The notes: a model not told the origin generated them from the letters alone. A DNA stretch of 64,000 nt from an uncultured Verrucomicrobiae bacterium (GCA_963813025.1 CAWEXO010000014.1:32001-96000), one strand, 5' to 3'; positions 11,000 through 21,258 are shown, numbered from the stretch's first letter. A program made the numbers and translations.

Positions 11000-11962
11000 A
11001 TGCTTAAAAAAGTAAGCCTCTCCCTGTTTATTCTCGGCGCGATAGTGTCGGGTGCGAACGTTGGCTCCGCCCAGGGCGCGAGACCGATCTACGCTTGGAT
11101 TTCGCACGGATCACCGACCGATCCGGTCTGGACTCTGTTCTTGCAAGGTGCGGAGCAATGGGCCAAAGACAGCGGCAACGACGTTCACACGTCGTTTCAC
11201 AGTGGCGATGTTCCGTCGCAACAGGAAGCCGTCCGCGCAGCCATCTCCGCTCATGCCAGAGGGATCGTTACCAGCACGCCTGATCCGGGCAGTCTGACGC
11301 AGGTGATCTCCGAGGCACATGCCGCCAAAATTCCGGTGATCATCATGAATACCGACGATAAGGCAAGCGGTCGCGACGCTTACGTCGGCGGGGATAACGT
11401 GGCGGCTGGCCATCGCTTGGCTCAATATCTGGTCGACCATGGCTTCGTAAAAAAAGGCGATTTCGTCTGGACGCCGGTTGAAGTCCCCGGTGCAACTTAT
11501 CAGACCCTACAAACCAAGGGTTACGACGCAGTATTCAAACCACTCGGTGTAACCTCAGAGATAACCGAATGTAAACTCGATCAAGCTGAGGTAATCACTC
11601 GCATGTCGGACTACCTGACAGCCAATCGCAGCAAAATTAAAGCGATATACTGCATCGGTGACTTGGTAAGTGGAAGCATCAAGCGTGTGTTCGATCAGGT
11701 TGGAGTCAAGCCCGGCGAGATTCCAGTGGTCGGATGGGGTAATTCGATCGATACAGCCCAGGAGGTTTTGGATGGTTATGTCAACGCGGCGATGTGGCAA
11801 GATCCACAGGCAACCAGCTATATGGCCCTTTCGATGGCGTCAATGGCAGCCAGTGGCATTCCACCGGGGTTCGATATCACCGTTGGTACTCTGTACGAAA
11901 AGGACAAGGCCCCAATTTACCTGAAAATCATGCAGGGTGCCCCCGCCAAGGGAAATAAGTAA
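11000..11962 (+). CDS. Sugar ABC transporter substrate-binding protein
   Basis: Signal peptide; SHGSPTDPVW, AYVGGDNVAAG, WQDPQATSY Peripla_BP_4 pattern. Confidence 0.9.
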   Translation: MLKKVSLSLFILGAIVSGANVGSAQGARPIYAWISHGSPTDPVWTLFLQGAEQWAKDSGNDVHTSFHSGDVPSQQEAVRAAISAHARGIVTSTPDPGSLTQVISEAHAAKIPVIIMNTDDKASGRDAYVGGDNVAAGHRLAQYLVDHGFVKKGDFVWTPVEVPGATYQTLQTKGYDAVFKPLGVTSEITECKLDQAEVITRMSDYLTANRSKIKAIYCIGDLVSGSIKRVFDQVGVKPGEIPVVGWGNSIDTAQEVLDGYVNAAMWQDPQATSYMALSMASMAASGIPPGFDITVGTLYEKDKAPIYLKIMQGAPAKGNK

Positions 11963-12051
11963 CCGGGCGTTGTTTCGAGGTAATGATTTATGGCCGCTGT
12001 GCGGCTTGGAGTGTGCAAGGCGGCGACACGAAACGTGGCTGGTCGGGCGCA

Positions 12052-12385
12052 CTAATGCGCCGTCTCATATATAACGATGACGTCGCCGCAGGTCAGTTGG
12101 CTGTTTTTCAAGGCGCGGTCCGAGCCGGACTGGCAGTAGAAGCGTCCATATCTGGATTCATACGGATCGAGGTCCGAGCCGGACTGGCGAAAGCAACGCC
12201 GAAAAACAGCCGACTGGCCGCGGCCCAAAGGGTTGCGTTGAAAATGGGCCGGCGGCGGGGTTGCTCCTCGGTCACGTATCGCTTCAGATATGCTCCCTCC
12301 TACTGCCAGTCCGGCTCGGACCGCCTTGCCGGCGGCCCATTTTGAACGCAACGACATCATCGGTAAATATGAGACGGTGCACTAG
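12052..12385. mobile_element. MITE (non-autonomous), copy 1
   Basis: Terminal IR TGC(A/G)CCGTCTCATAT, CTAA/CTAG ends; homologous inverted copy at 19862-20145. Confidence 0.85.
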
Positions 12386-13511
12386 TACTTAGTTGCTTTA
12401 GTTCTTTATATTTATGAAAAATTATGATTTGTTGGATGGATGGCAACGGGTCGCATCAAACTTTCTGTGGAAAACCGCAAGCTCTTGGAGGGTTGGAGTC
12501 GAGCGCAACGGGTCGAACACCGGCTCAAGGTCAGGAGTCAGATTATCTTGAAGGCGGCAGCGGGCTTGAGTGGACGTGCGATTGCCAAGAGCCTGCGCAT
12601 TCCCGAGGTGACGGTGAGTAAATGGCGGCGGCGCTTTGTGCGCCAAGGCCTGGCTGGCTTGGAAGACGCGCCACGCAGTGGAAAGCCGGCCAAGTATGAT
12701 CAAATGACGGTCAAGCGGGTCTTGGCGCTGCTGGATGAAGATCCACCGGCGGGCTACGGGCGCTGGAATGGGCGACTGCTGGCGCAGAGTCTGGCCGATG
12801 TTTCCTCCGATCAAGTCTGGCGCATTTTGCGCCAACAAGGCATTGAATTGGAACGGCGCCGCAGCTGGTGCATTTCCACCGATCCGGAGTTTGTGCGCAA
12901 GGCCGCTGACATTGTCGGTCTTTATCTCAATCCGCCCCAGAATGCGCTCATCTTGGCCATTGATGAAAAACCAGCCATTCAAGCCCTGGAAAGAGCCCAA
13001 GGTTGGATTCGCTTGCCCAATGGCAGGGCGCTGACGGGTTTTAGCCACGAGTACAAGCGCCATGGCACCTCCACTCTCTTTGCCGCCCTCAACATTGCCA
13101 GCGGCCAAGTGCAGGCTGGTCATTACCGGCGCCAGCGCCGACGGGAATTCCTGGAGTTTATGAACCAGGTAGTTGCCGGAAATCTCGACAAAGAAATTCA
13201 TGTGGTCTTAGACAACCTTGCGACCCATAAGCCAAAGCAAGATCGCTGGTTGAAGGCTCACCCCAATGTGCATTTTCATTTCACTCCAACCCACGCTTCT
13301 TGGCTCAACCAGATTGAGATCTGGTTTAGTATCTTGAGCCGCCAAGCCCTCCAGGGGGCAAACTTCACCAGCGTGGCAGAGCTGCGCAACGCCATCGACA
13401 CCTTCATCAAGAACTACAATAACAATGCGGCTCCCTTCGAATGGACCAAATCCCAGGTACATCAGGGGAAAGTCGCCATACATATAACTAACTTACGCAA
13501 TTAGGCACTAG
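12382..13511 (+). mobile_element. IS630 family element A, copy 1
   Basis: CTAG-bounded 1130 bp with imperfect IRs; near-identical copy at 36387-37516. Confidence 0.92.
12440..13504 (+). CDS. IS630 family transposase
   Basis: N-terminal HTH, IDEK, YKRHGT, VLDN, SWLNQIE DDE motifs. Confidence 0.96.
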   Translation: MATGRIKLSVENRKLLEGWSRAQRVEHRLKVRSQIILKAAAGLSGRAIAKSLRIPEVTVSKWRRRFVRQGLAGLEDAPRSGKPAKYDQMTVKRVLALLDEDPPAGYGRWNGRLLAQSLADVSSDQVWRILRQQGIELERRRSWCISTDPEFVRKAADIVGLYLNPPQNALILAIDEKPAIQALERAQGWIRLPNGRALTGFSHEYKRHGTSTLFAALNIASGQVQAGHYRRQRRREFLEFMNQVVAGNLDKEIHVVLDNLATHKPKQDRWLKAHPNVHFHFTPTHASWLNQIEIWFSILSRQALQGANFTSVAELRNAIDTFIKNYNNNAAPFEWTKSQVHQGKVAIHITNLRN

Positions 13512-15389
13512 CCCTTAAGGAAGCGTGATTTAACCGCATGAGGGGACAAAAAAGCTCGAAATGTGCTTCGATGCTTGGTTTGCTGGGAAGTGCAAAGCTA
13601 ACCAGACCAAGGAAGAAAGGCATTTCGAGTGAGTAGAAGTTATCCGAAGATCCTGCGTAATCGCAAGCGCCGAATCGAACGTCGTTTGGATCCTGAGCGG
13701 CGATGGAGTGAACAGCCGACACCGATGCTGAGTGCCAGCAACATCCATTTTGAGATGGCTGAACGTAACCGGGCGGTAAACTACGGCGGTATTGGCGCGA
13801 TCCATCTAATGGGGCAGCGGCTAGGATTAGCCGAGGAGATCGATGGGCGGGTGCAGCTTCTCAAGCGGCATTTGCCCTATCACGAAAGCGATCATGTGTT
13901 GAACCTGGCCTACAATGCACTGTTGGATGGCCAACGGCTGGAAGATATCGAGTTGCGGCGCAACGATGAAGCTTTCCTGGAGGGTCTGGGCGCCCAACGT
14001 ATCCCTGATCCGACTACCAGCGGAGATTTTACCCGGCGCTTTGACCAAGGCTCGATTCTGGATTTGCTGGAAGCCATCAACACGACTCGGCAGCGGGTGT
14101 GGAAAAAGCAGCCTCGGGCTTTTCTTGCCCAAGCCTTTCTTGATATCGATGGCACAATGGCTCCGACTTTAGGGGAGTGCAAAGGCGGGGTAGGGCTTTC
14201 CTACAAAGGGATCTGGGGTTATGCGCCCTTGATTGTCTCGTTGGCAAACACCCGAGAAGTGCTTTATCTGGTTAATCGGCCGGGCAACGTCGTCAGCCAT
14301 GAAGGATGTGTGCCATGGATTGAGCGGGCCATCGAGTTGGTGCGCCCCCATGCCGGTGAGATCACGCTGCGCGGGGACAGCGATTTTACGCTCAGCGCCG
14401 AGTTAGATCGCTGGGATAGCCAAGGGATCAAATTTCTCTTTGGCATGGATGCTCATCAGAAAGTAGTGCAACTGGCCGAAGCCTTGCCGGAAGCAGGCTG
14501 GCAGCCGCTGGAACGCTTGGCTCGCTATGAAATTGCCACTGAGCCGCGACGTAAGCCCCTTCGGGTCAAGGAGGCAATTGTGCGGTTTAAGGGGTACTTG
14601 AACAAAAAGTTGGTGGGCGAAAGCGTGGCCGAGTTTAATTATCAGCCACTCAAATGCGGACGCAGCTATCGGCTGGTGGTGGTGCGCAAAAACATCAGCC
14701 TCCAGAAAGGGGAAACGGTGCTCTTGGAAGAGATTAGATACTTCTTCTATCTCACCAACCACACCAATTATCGGGCCCAAGAGATCGTGGCGCTGGCCAA
14801 CCAGCGTTGTGACCAGGAGAATGTGATCGAGCAACTCAAAAATGGGGTTAACGCCATGCGCATGCCGGTAGACGATCTCCTCAGTAATTGGGCTTACATG
14901 GTCATCAGTGCCCTGGCCTGGAATCTCAAATCCTGGTATGGACTGCTTATGCCCAATCGGCAAAGGGGGCTGGAGCTAGTCCAGATGGAGTTCCGGCGCT
15001 TCCTGCATGCCATTGTGTTGTTGCCGGCACAGATCGTGCGCAGCGGTCGGAGGATCATTTATCGGATCATGGGTTACAACAGTTGGCTAAAAGACTTCTT
15101 CGCTGCCTGGGAAAATCTTCGGCGGATGGCACCTGCCTGAAGCAGGCCTATTGACGATACTCTAGGCGGAACGCTCAAATTTCCAAGGCAGAGCTATGCC
15201 CTGGCGAGGCATGTATCGGCGCCCAAAATCGCACTAACTCCAAAAACTTTCATTGTTTTGGCCTGAGAAAAGCAAACCTGGGCCTTCGGTCGCCAGAACC
15301 AACCGGATTTGCACCATTTTCTAAGAATTTGCCTGGCCGAACGGGAAGTTCGTCGCGTCGCATTCGGAACTCGCTTATTTTGAGACTAG
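13508..15389 (+). mobile_element. IS1380 family element
   Basis: Imperfect IRs CTAGCCCTTAAGGAAGCGTG / CTAGTCTCAAAATAAGCGAG around the transposase. Confidence 0.75.
13629..15140 (+). CDS. IS1380 family transposase
   Basis: LDIDGT, LRGDSDF, RCDQENVIEQLKNG motifs. Confidence 0.93.
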   Translation: MSRSYPKILRNRKRRIERRLDPERRWSEQPTPMLSASNIHFEMAERNRAVNYGGIGAIHLMGQRLGLAEEIDGRVQLLKRHLPYHESDHVLNLAYNALLDGQRLEDIELRRNDEAFLEGLGAQRIPDPTTSGDFTRRFDQGSILDLLEAINTTRQRVWKKQPRAFLAQAFLDIDGTMAPTLGECKGGVGLSYKGIWGYAPLIVSLANTREVLYLVNRPGNVVSHEGCVPWIERAIELVRPHAGEITLRGDSDFTLSAELDRWDSQGIKFLFGMDAHQKVVQLAEALPEAGWQPLERLARYEIATEPRRKPLRVKEAIVRFKGYLNKKLVGESVAEFNYQPLKCGRSYRLVVVRKNISLQKGETVLLEEIRYFFYLTNHTNYRAQEIVALANQRCDQENVIEQLKNGVNAMRMPVDDLLSNWAYMVISALAWNLKSWYGLLMPNRQRGLELVQMEFRRFLHAIVLLPAQIVRSGRRIIYRIMGYNSWLKDFFAAWENLRRMAPA

Positions 15390-15508
15390 AACTAGACGAG
15401 CGTCGAGTTCCGAGTTTTTGCCGGCAGATTCTCGGGCACCGCGGTTTTGAGAACAATTAGCGCGCATTGGCAGACGAATCGGCCTGAACGGCCGAAAAGG
15501 AGGATCAA

Positions 15509-16198
15509 GTGTCAAATGGAACCTTGTGGAAACAATTTCCGGCTGGGCGGCTTCTTGCCGACGTATCTTTGTGGTCAGCGAATCTCGGTCGACTCGCTGA
15601 GGAGATCTTACGAATGGAGGATTATGCGGACATGTTTCATATCGACGTGGCAGACTCCCAGTTCACGCCGGGACTGCTTTTTTTCCCAGACCTGGTTGCA
15701 GCTCTTCGTCCTCTGACTACGAAGCCCTTTCACGTACATCTCATGGTTGCCGATCCGAGTGCTTTGGCTCCGGAATTTGTCAGAGCCGGCGCAGACCTCG
15801 TTAGCGTTCACGTCGAAATTGGCTCGTCAGTGGAATCCGCCTTAGCACAACTTCATGATCTCGGTGTGCACGCCGGCATCGCGATTCAACTGGAGACGCC
15901 GGTTGAGGTGATAGTACCTTTCCTCGAACAAGTCGATTTGGTCCTTGTGATGGGCACCCCCATAGGTATCAAGGGCTGTTCGCTTGACAAAAGAGTTCCG
16001 GGAAAGATCTCCGCGCTCAAACGCTTATTAAGTCAATGCGGACGAGCCGCGGACACTAGACTATCGGCAGACGGAGGCATCCGGATAGAGACGGTCCCGG
16101 ACTTGCGGGTTGCCGGAGTGGACGTGATCACCCCAGGTTCCCTGTTCTTCGGAAGCCCCGATATCCGCCATACGGTCGAATGGCTTTATGGACTATAG
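15509..16198 (+). CDS. Ribulose-phosphate 3-epimerase family (AlsE/Rpe-like)
   Basis: HIDVAD, HVHLMV, SADGGI motifs. Confidence 0.9.
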   Translation: MSNGTLWKQFPAGRLLADVSLWSANLGRLAEEILRMEDYADMFHIDVADSQFTPGLLFFPDLVAALRPLTTKPFHVHLMVADPSALAPEFVRAGADLVSVHVEIGSSVESALAQLHDLGVHAGIAIQLETPVEVIVPFLEQVDLVLVMGTPIGIKGCSLDKRVPGKISALKRLLSQCGRAADTRLSADGGIRIETVPDLRVAGVDVITPGSLFFGSPDIRHTVEWLYGL

Positions 16199-16222
16199 CG
16201 CGAGCAAAGCGAAGACACGTTT

Positions 16223-16750
16223 ATGTTGGTAGCGATGGCCGGATTACCAGGTACGGGAAAAACAACAGTAGCTAAACGACTTCAGGCCGAAACAGGCGGT
16301 GTGCTTTTGTCGAAGGATGAAATCCGAGCTGCATTGTTCCCAGCGGAATTTGTCGATTACACCCGCGCTCAAGATGATCTCTGCGTAGATATTATCCTGC
16401 GAGTTGCGGCATATATCCTGGCCTCGAAGAAGGATGGGATCGTTATCGTGGACGGCCGCACCTTTTCCAGAAGCGGTGATATAAAGGCGCTATTTGAGGC
16501 GGCTGAGCAGATCGGTACGCCATTGAGAATTATCGAATGTGTGTGTGCTGAGGCAACCGCTCTAGAAAGAATTGACCAGGCGTCCGGAAAACATCCAGCC
16601 GCAAACCGTGATCGGGATCTGTATAAGTCTCTCAAAGATTCAGCTGAGGAAATCTCAGCCCCAAAATGGGTCGTTGACACTGGCCGGCAATCACCTGAGG
16701 AGGCTATGCGCGGCGTTTTAGGCTATTTGGGGATCCGATCGTTCAATTGA
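16223..16750 (+). CDS. AAA_33-type P-loop kinase
   Basis: GLPGTGKTT Walker A, VIVDG. Confidence 0.85.
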   Translation: MLVAMAGLPGTGKTTVAKRLQAETGGVLLSKDEIRAALFPAEFVDYTRAQDDLCVDIILRVAAYILASKKDGIVIVDGRTFSRSGDIKALFEAAEQIGTPLRIIECVCAEATALERIDQASGKHPAANRDRDLYKSLKDSAEEISAPKWVVDTGRQSPEEAMRGVLGYLGIRSFN

Positions 16751-16754
16751 GCCC

Positions 16755-17462
16755 GTGAAATCGGTCGCACACGTGATGCCCGAGCACCTCCGAGGATACC
16801 GCAGGAGGACTAATTCGAATTCCGCTGTCGTACTCGATATGGGCGGAACGAAGGTGCGGTGTTTGGGGATAAAGAAAGGAACGGTGATCAAAAAAGTGCG
16901 AATTGTCTCAACCCAAATGCTTCGCGAGCGCGACGCAGTGTCACGGCTTGCAGAGATAATCACTGCCTACGCGAGAGAAGCACAATTAGAGAAATTCGAC
17001 GTAGTCGCCGGTTTGCCGGCGAGCTTGGATCGAAAGCATGACCAGATTCTGAAGATTAACAATGTTCCCAATCTTGCTGGCGTGCGGCTGCGTACGGAGC
17101 TGGCGCGGTATTTTGGCGGACGAATTATCCTCGAGCATGACATCATGCTTCAGTTGATGGGAGAGCTGTACGCTGGCGCAGCGGTTGGTTTCGGTCGCGT
17201 TTTCGGAGTGTATTTCGGTACGGGAATAGGCGCAGGTTGTCTTCTTCAGGGACAGCCGTTCCGCCGGGCAGCTACCGGACTTGAAATCGGTCACATTCCA
17301 GTGCGATGCGAAGGCAAGCTTTGCGTTTGTGGCAGGGAGGATTGCTTCGAAGCCTACGCAGGAGGCAAAGTACTCCTCGATTGGGCAGAAACCTTCGCTC
17401 GATTGTGCGCCACAGATTACCTGAAGTCCGATACGCCCAAGATGTCCGGTGTCACGGCGTGA
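16755..17462 (+). pseudogene. ROK family sugar kinase (allose-kinase-like), 3' truncated
   Basis: LDMGGT, GTGIG, EIGH, CVCGREDCFEAY; homology ends ~17396 where a REP-like repeat begins. Confidence 0.8.
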
Positions 17463-17808
17463 AAGTGGCACAGGCCTGTCAGGGTCTGTCGGACTTTGGA
17501 AATCTGTAATAGGCCACCAAGGGATTGGTCACGCGAGCGCTAGAGATCGTCTCAGAATGCCGCACTATCCTGCGCCGGTAGGGCGAAAATTTATTTGAGC
17601 CGGACGCTTGGGTGAGCCACCCGCTCCAGATGGCTCCGCCTTCGCCAAGGCTATGGCGGACACGTCAAAACAAGTTCTCGCTAAGGCTCAAATAAATTTT
17701 CGCCCTACCGGCGCAGGAGCAAAGACGCCTCGGGACATCCCTCGAATCTCCCTTCCGAACCATAGCTCGATTGCGCGCGCCACAGATTACCCAAAGTCCG
17801 ACACGCCC
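17397..17808. repeat. Composite REP-like palindromic repeat cluster
   Basis: Direct repeats CCACAGATTACCxxAAGTCCGA and IR GGTAGGGCGAAAATTTATTTGAGCC; relatives at 50378-50503 and 62499-62758. Confidence 0.8.
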
Positions 17809-18086
17809 TTCCAGCCTGTCAGTGGAGTCTGCGCGGATGCTTTGGTTTCGGCTACGCCGCGCTGTAATCTTGGCCACCTGTTGTTCAAAATCTTCGATTT
17901 CCGATGTGGTTGCTGCCGCGCTGTGGCCCTTTCGGTTAGCCGATGCACAAGTGGCGCGGCCAGTCCAAGCGAGGAGCCCGATATAGTGCTAAGATCACCT
18001 GTCCGCATTTTCGAACACAGACCAGTCGGAGGAAAAATGAGGCAGGAAGAAGTCAAGGATGCGTCATTTGCTAAGCCACGCCGTCT

Positions 18087-19865
18087 ATGAGTTGCCTTGA
18101 CCAGGTAGTGTCCGCGGTTCGGTCCTACCGGGACAACGTCGCTGAGCAGGTTGTCAGGGCCCGGAGCGACCCGGAATTCGCAGCTGAAATAAACCGGCGC
18201 TGGGCGGAAGCCAAGTCTCGGGTGCACGAGTCGGTGACTCCAACTGGTCTTCGGCTGCCCAGCCGCGCATTGCCCGATCTGGACGAGCCCGGCGAGATTG
18301 CGCGCTATCTGAGCAGAGAAGGCCTGCCCGGTGAGTTCCCGTTTCTGGCCGCCGCCTACCCGGAGCAGTATCTCGAGCCGGTGTCGAGCGGATCGGAAAA
18401 CGGTGTCCCCGCCCGGACATCCGGGGAGGAGCCGACCCGCCTTTTCGCCGGGCTCGGCCTGGCGGAAGATACCAACGAACGGTTTCATTATCTTTCGCGG
18501 AATCAACGCAGCAAACGGTTAAGCACGGCGTTTGACGGGCCAACTTTGTATGGCGTCGGCTCTGGCGCGGACGGAGTTTTCGGAAAAATCGGCGAGGGCG
18601 GTGTGGCAATCGACACCGTGGAGGATATGGAACGGCTGTATGCCGGGTTCGAACTGAACCAGCCGAATGTTTCTGTTTCGATGACCATCTCGGGACCGGC
18701 GCCAATTATCCTGGCAATGTATATCGCCGCGGCCAAGCGCCGTTTCGGCCAGGATGTTGAGCGCAATCTGCGCGGGACTATCCAGGCAGATGTGCTGAAG
18801 GAAGTCCAGGCCCAGAACGAGTTAATCTTCCCGATCGAGCCCTCCCTGCGATTCCTGGCCGATATGGTCCAATATTGCGCTACCCGGATGCCGCGTTTTT
18901 ACCCCATTTCCATCAGCGGATATCATATCGCGGAGGCGGGCGCCACGCCCGTCCAGCAGGCGGCCTACACCCTGTCGAACGGATTTGCTTACGTGGAATT
19001 TTTTCGGAATCGCGGGATGGAGATAAATGTCTTCGGCCCGCGTCTTTCCTTTTTCCTCGATTGCGGCTTGGACGTGGAATACGTCGCGCTCGCCCGAGTC
19101 TGCCGAAAGATCTGGGCGATTGGTATGCGCGACGTCTTCCGGGCTGACCGGCGGGCGCAGATCTTGAAGCTCCATACGCAAACGAGCGGACGATCGCTGA
19201 TTGCGGCTGATTGGAAAAACAATCTGACGCGAACCGCGATCGAGCTGGTTCTGGCTTATCTGAACGCGACGAACTCCTGCCATAGCAACTCCGCGGACGA
19301 ACCCTTTACTACTCCCAGTGAGGAATATGCGCGCTACGCCGCGCACGCCCAGGGAATTTTGTTGGAAGAGAGTGGATTGTTCAAACATATGATGGGAACG
19401 CTGGCTGGTTCGCCCGGTATGCGGATAGTCGGTGATGCCGTCGAGGATGCCATTCTGGAGGAGTTCGCTCAAATCGAACAGCAGGGCGGAGTCATCGGAG
19501 CTGTCGAAAGGCGGTATCAACGAAGTCAGATTCAGGCGGCCGGGCACCTACTGGAACAGCAGATCAACGATGGCCGTCGACCGGTAGTCGGTTTGAACCG
19601 TTACGCGGATGACGGCGCGCATTGGCCGGATCTCCAGATGGTTCGGACCAGTAAGGAGAGTAAGCAGCGTCAGCTCAATCGCCTGCATGATTTTGAGCGC
19701 CGCCATGCCGGGCACTCAGGCCGCGCGTTGGACCAGCTATCCGCAGTGGTCGAACACGGCGGCAATGTTTTTACCGAGCTCATCGAGACCGTCGAGCATT
19801 GCTCATTGGGCCAAATAACCGAACGCCTAAGTGAAACTGTGGGAAAATTCCGGCCCATGATCTAG
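18087..19865 (+). CDS. Acyl-CoA mutase large subunit (IcmF-type substrate-binding domain)
   Basis: PTRLFAG, RLSTAFD, GTIQADVLKE, ISISGYHIAEAGA, HTQTSGRSL; no B12-binding DxHxxG. Confidence 0.9.
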   Translation: MSCLDQVVSAVRSYRDNVAEQVVRARSDPEFAAEINRRWAEAKSRVHESVTPTGLRLPSRALPDLDEPGEIARYLSREGLPGEFPFLAAAYPEQYLEPVSSGSENGVPARTSGEEPTRLFAGLGLAEDTNERFHYLSRNQRSKRLSTAFDGPTLYGVGSGADGVFGKIGEGGVAIDTVEDMERLYAGFELNQPNVSVSMTISGPAPIILAMYIAAAKRRFGQDVERNLRGTIQADVLKEVQAQNELIFPIEPSLRFLADMVQYCATRMPRFYPISISGYHIAEAGATPVQQAAYTLSNGFAYVEFFRNRGMEINVFGPRLSFFLDCGLDVEYVALARVCRKIWAIGMRDVFRADRRAQILKLHTQTSGRSLIAADWKNNLTRTAIELVLAYLNATNSCHSNSADEPFTTPSEEYARYAAHAQGILLEESGLFKHMMGTLAGSPGMRIVGDAVEDAILEEFAQIEQQGGVIGAVERRYQRSQIQAAGHLLEQQINDGRRPVVGLNRYADDGAHWPDLQMVRTSKESKQRQLNRLHDFERRHAGHSGRALDQLSAVVEHGGNVFTELIETVEHCSLGQITERLSETVGKFRPMI

Positions 19866-20145
19866 TGCACCGTCTCATATATATACCGATGATGTCGTTG
19901 CGTTCAAAATGGGCCGTCGGCTAGGCGCGAGGAGGGGGGGCATATCTGAAGCGATACGTGACCGAGGAGCAACGCCGCCGCCGGCCCGTTTTCAACGCAA
20001 CCCTTTGGGCCGCGGCCAGTTGGCTGTTTTTCGGCGTTGCTCGCTCGATCCGTATGAATCCAGATATGAACGCTTCGCTCGCGCCTTGAAAAACAGCCAA
20101 CTGACCTGCGGCGACATCATCGTTATATATGAGACGGTGCACTAG
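19862..20145. mobile_element. MITE, copy 2
   Basis: CTAGTGCACCGTCTCATATA ... TATATGAGACGGTGCACTAG perfect terminal IR. Confidence 0.88.
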
Positions 20146-21206
20146 TGCGGCGTAGCGTTTAAACCTGATACGGGATTGATACGACGCTCTGCTGATCGGT
20201 AGGTCCACTTAAAGGGTTTGGCCTTCATGTTATAGCGTCGGATATAGGTCATGAGTTTTTTAGCCAAGTCTTTGACCGAACGGAAGATTCCGCGGGCGAT
20301 GACGTCGCGTTGGATCTTGGAAAACCAGATCTCGACTTGGTTAAGCCATGAAGAATAGGTCGGTGTAAAATGGATCCGCACGTGGCGATGACGATCGATA
20401 AACTGCCAGACTCTGGAGGTGCGATGTGCCGAGAGATTATCTGCGATAATGTGGATCTGCTGGCCCTCGGGAAAGCTGGCGACGATCTGTTCAAGAAAAG
20501 CAACAAACTCGGCACTGGTGTGACGAGGCACAGTTTGGCCCAGCACCTGGCCGGTTTTGGTGTTGAGCGCTGCGTAGAGCGAAAGCGTGCCGTGACGGTA
20601 GTACTCAAAACCGTGCCGCTCGGCTCTTCCGGGCGAGAGCGGCAACACTGGATCGAGCCGGTCCAGCGCTTGGATGGCGCTCTTTTCGTCGACGCAGAAA
20701 ACTGCGGCATTGACCGGAGGCTTCAGATACAAACCAATGATATCAGCAGCCTTGGTTTCAAAATCCGGGTCGTCGCTGGCCATGTAGCGGCGCAGGCGGT
20801 GCGGCTGCAGTCCGGCTTTGGCCAGAACACGGGCGACTCGGGTATGGTTGGTGCCAAGTTCGGCCGCCAACTTCCGAGTACTCCAGTGCGTCGAGCCATC
20901 CGTGGGTTTATGTCGGGCCGCGGCCAAAATCTGAGCTTCGAGCTTGGCGCTCTGTTGGCTGGCTACCTTGCCACGATGACGACTGAAAAGACCTGCCAAA
21001 CGTTCCTCCATAAAGCGCTTCAGCCAAAGTCGCACGGTGTTGATGCTGCATCCCAGTTGCCGACTTACCGCCCATTGCGATCTGCCGCTAGCAATCAAGA
21101 GGACAATCTTGGCTCGCTGCGCCTCCTCTGCTCGCCCGCTACGGGATCGGACCCGCTGCCTAAGTCGTCGACGTTCTGGCGGAGAAAGAACCAATCGTTT
21201 TAACAC
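20142..21206 (-). CDS. IS630 family transposase
   Basis: VDEKS, YYRHGT, ADNLSAH, SWLNQVE. Confidence 0.95.
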   Translation of the reverse strand: MLKRLVLSPPERRRLRQRVRSRSGRAEEAQRAKIVLLIASGRSQWAVSRQLGCSINTVRLWLKRFMEERLAGLFSRHRGKVASQQSAKLEAQILAAARHKPTDGSTHWSTRKLAAELGTNHTRVARVLAKAGLQPHRLRRYMASDDPDFETKAADIIGLYLKPPVNAAVFCVDEKSAIQALDRLDPVLPLSPGRAERHGFEYYRHGTLSLYAALNTKTGQVLGQTVPRHTSAEFVAFLEQIVASFPEGQQIHIIADNLSAHRTSRVWQFIDRHRHVRIHFTPTYSSWLNQVEIWFSKIQRDVIARGIFRSVKDLAKKLMTYIRRYNMKAKPFKWTYRSAERRINPVSGLNATPH

Positions 21207-21258
21207 TCCTTTTTGCTAGCAGATCATCATATCAGAAGTCAATGCTACAATGCACTAG
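20142..21258 (-). mobile_element. IS630 family element B
   Basis: CTAG-bounded, IRs CTAGTGCGGCGTAGCGTT / CTAGTGCATTGTAGCATT. Confidence 0.88.

Noticed and set aside
12422..13201. 259-aa antisense ORF (also 36697-37476 and 20370-21203)
   Set aside because: Shadow frames of IS630 transposases
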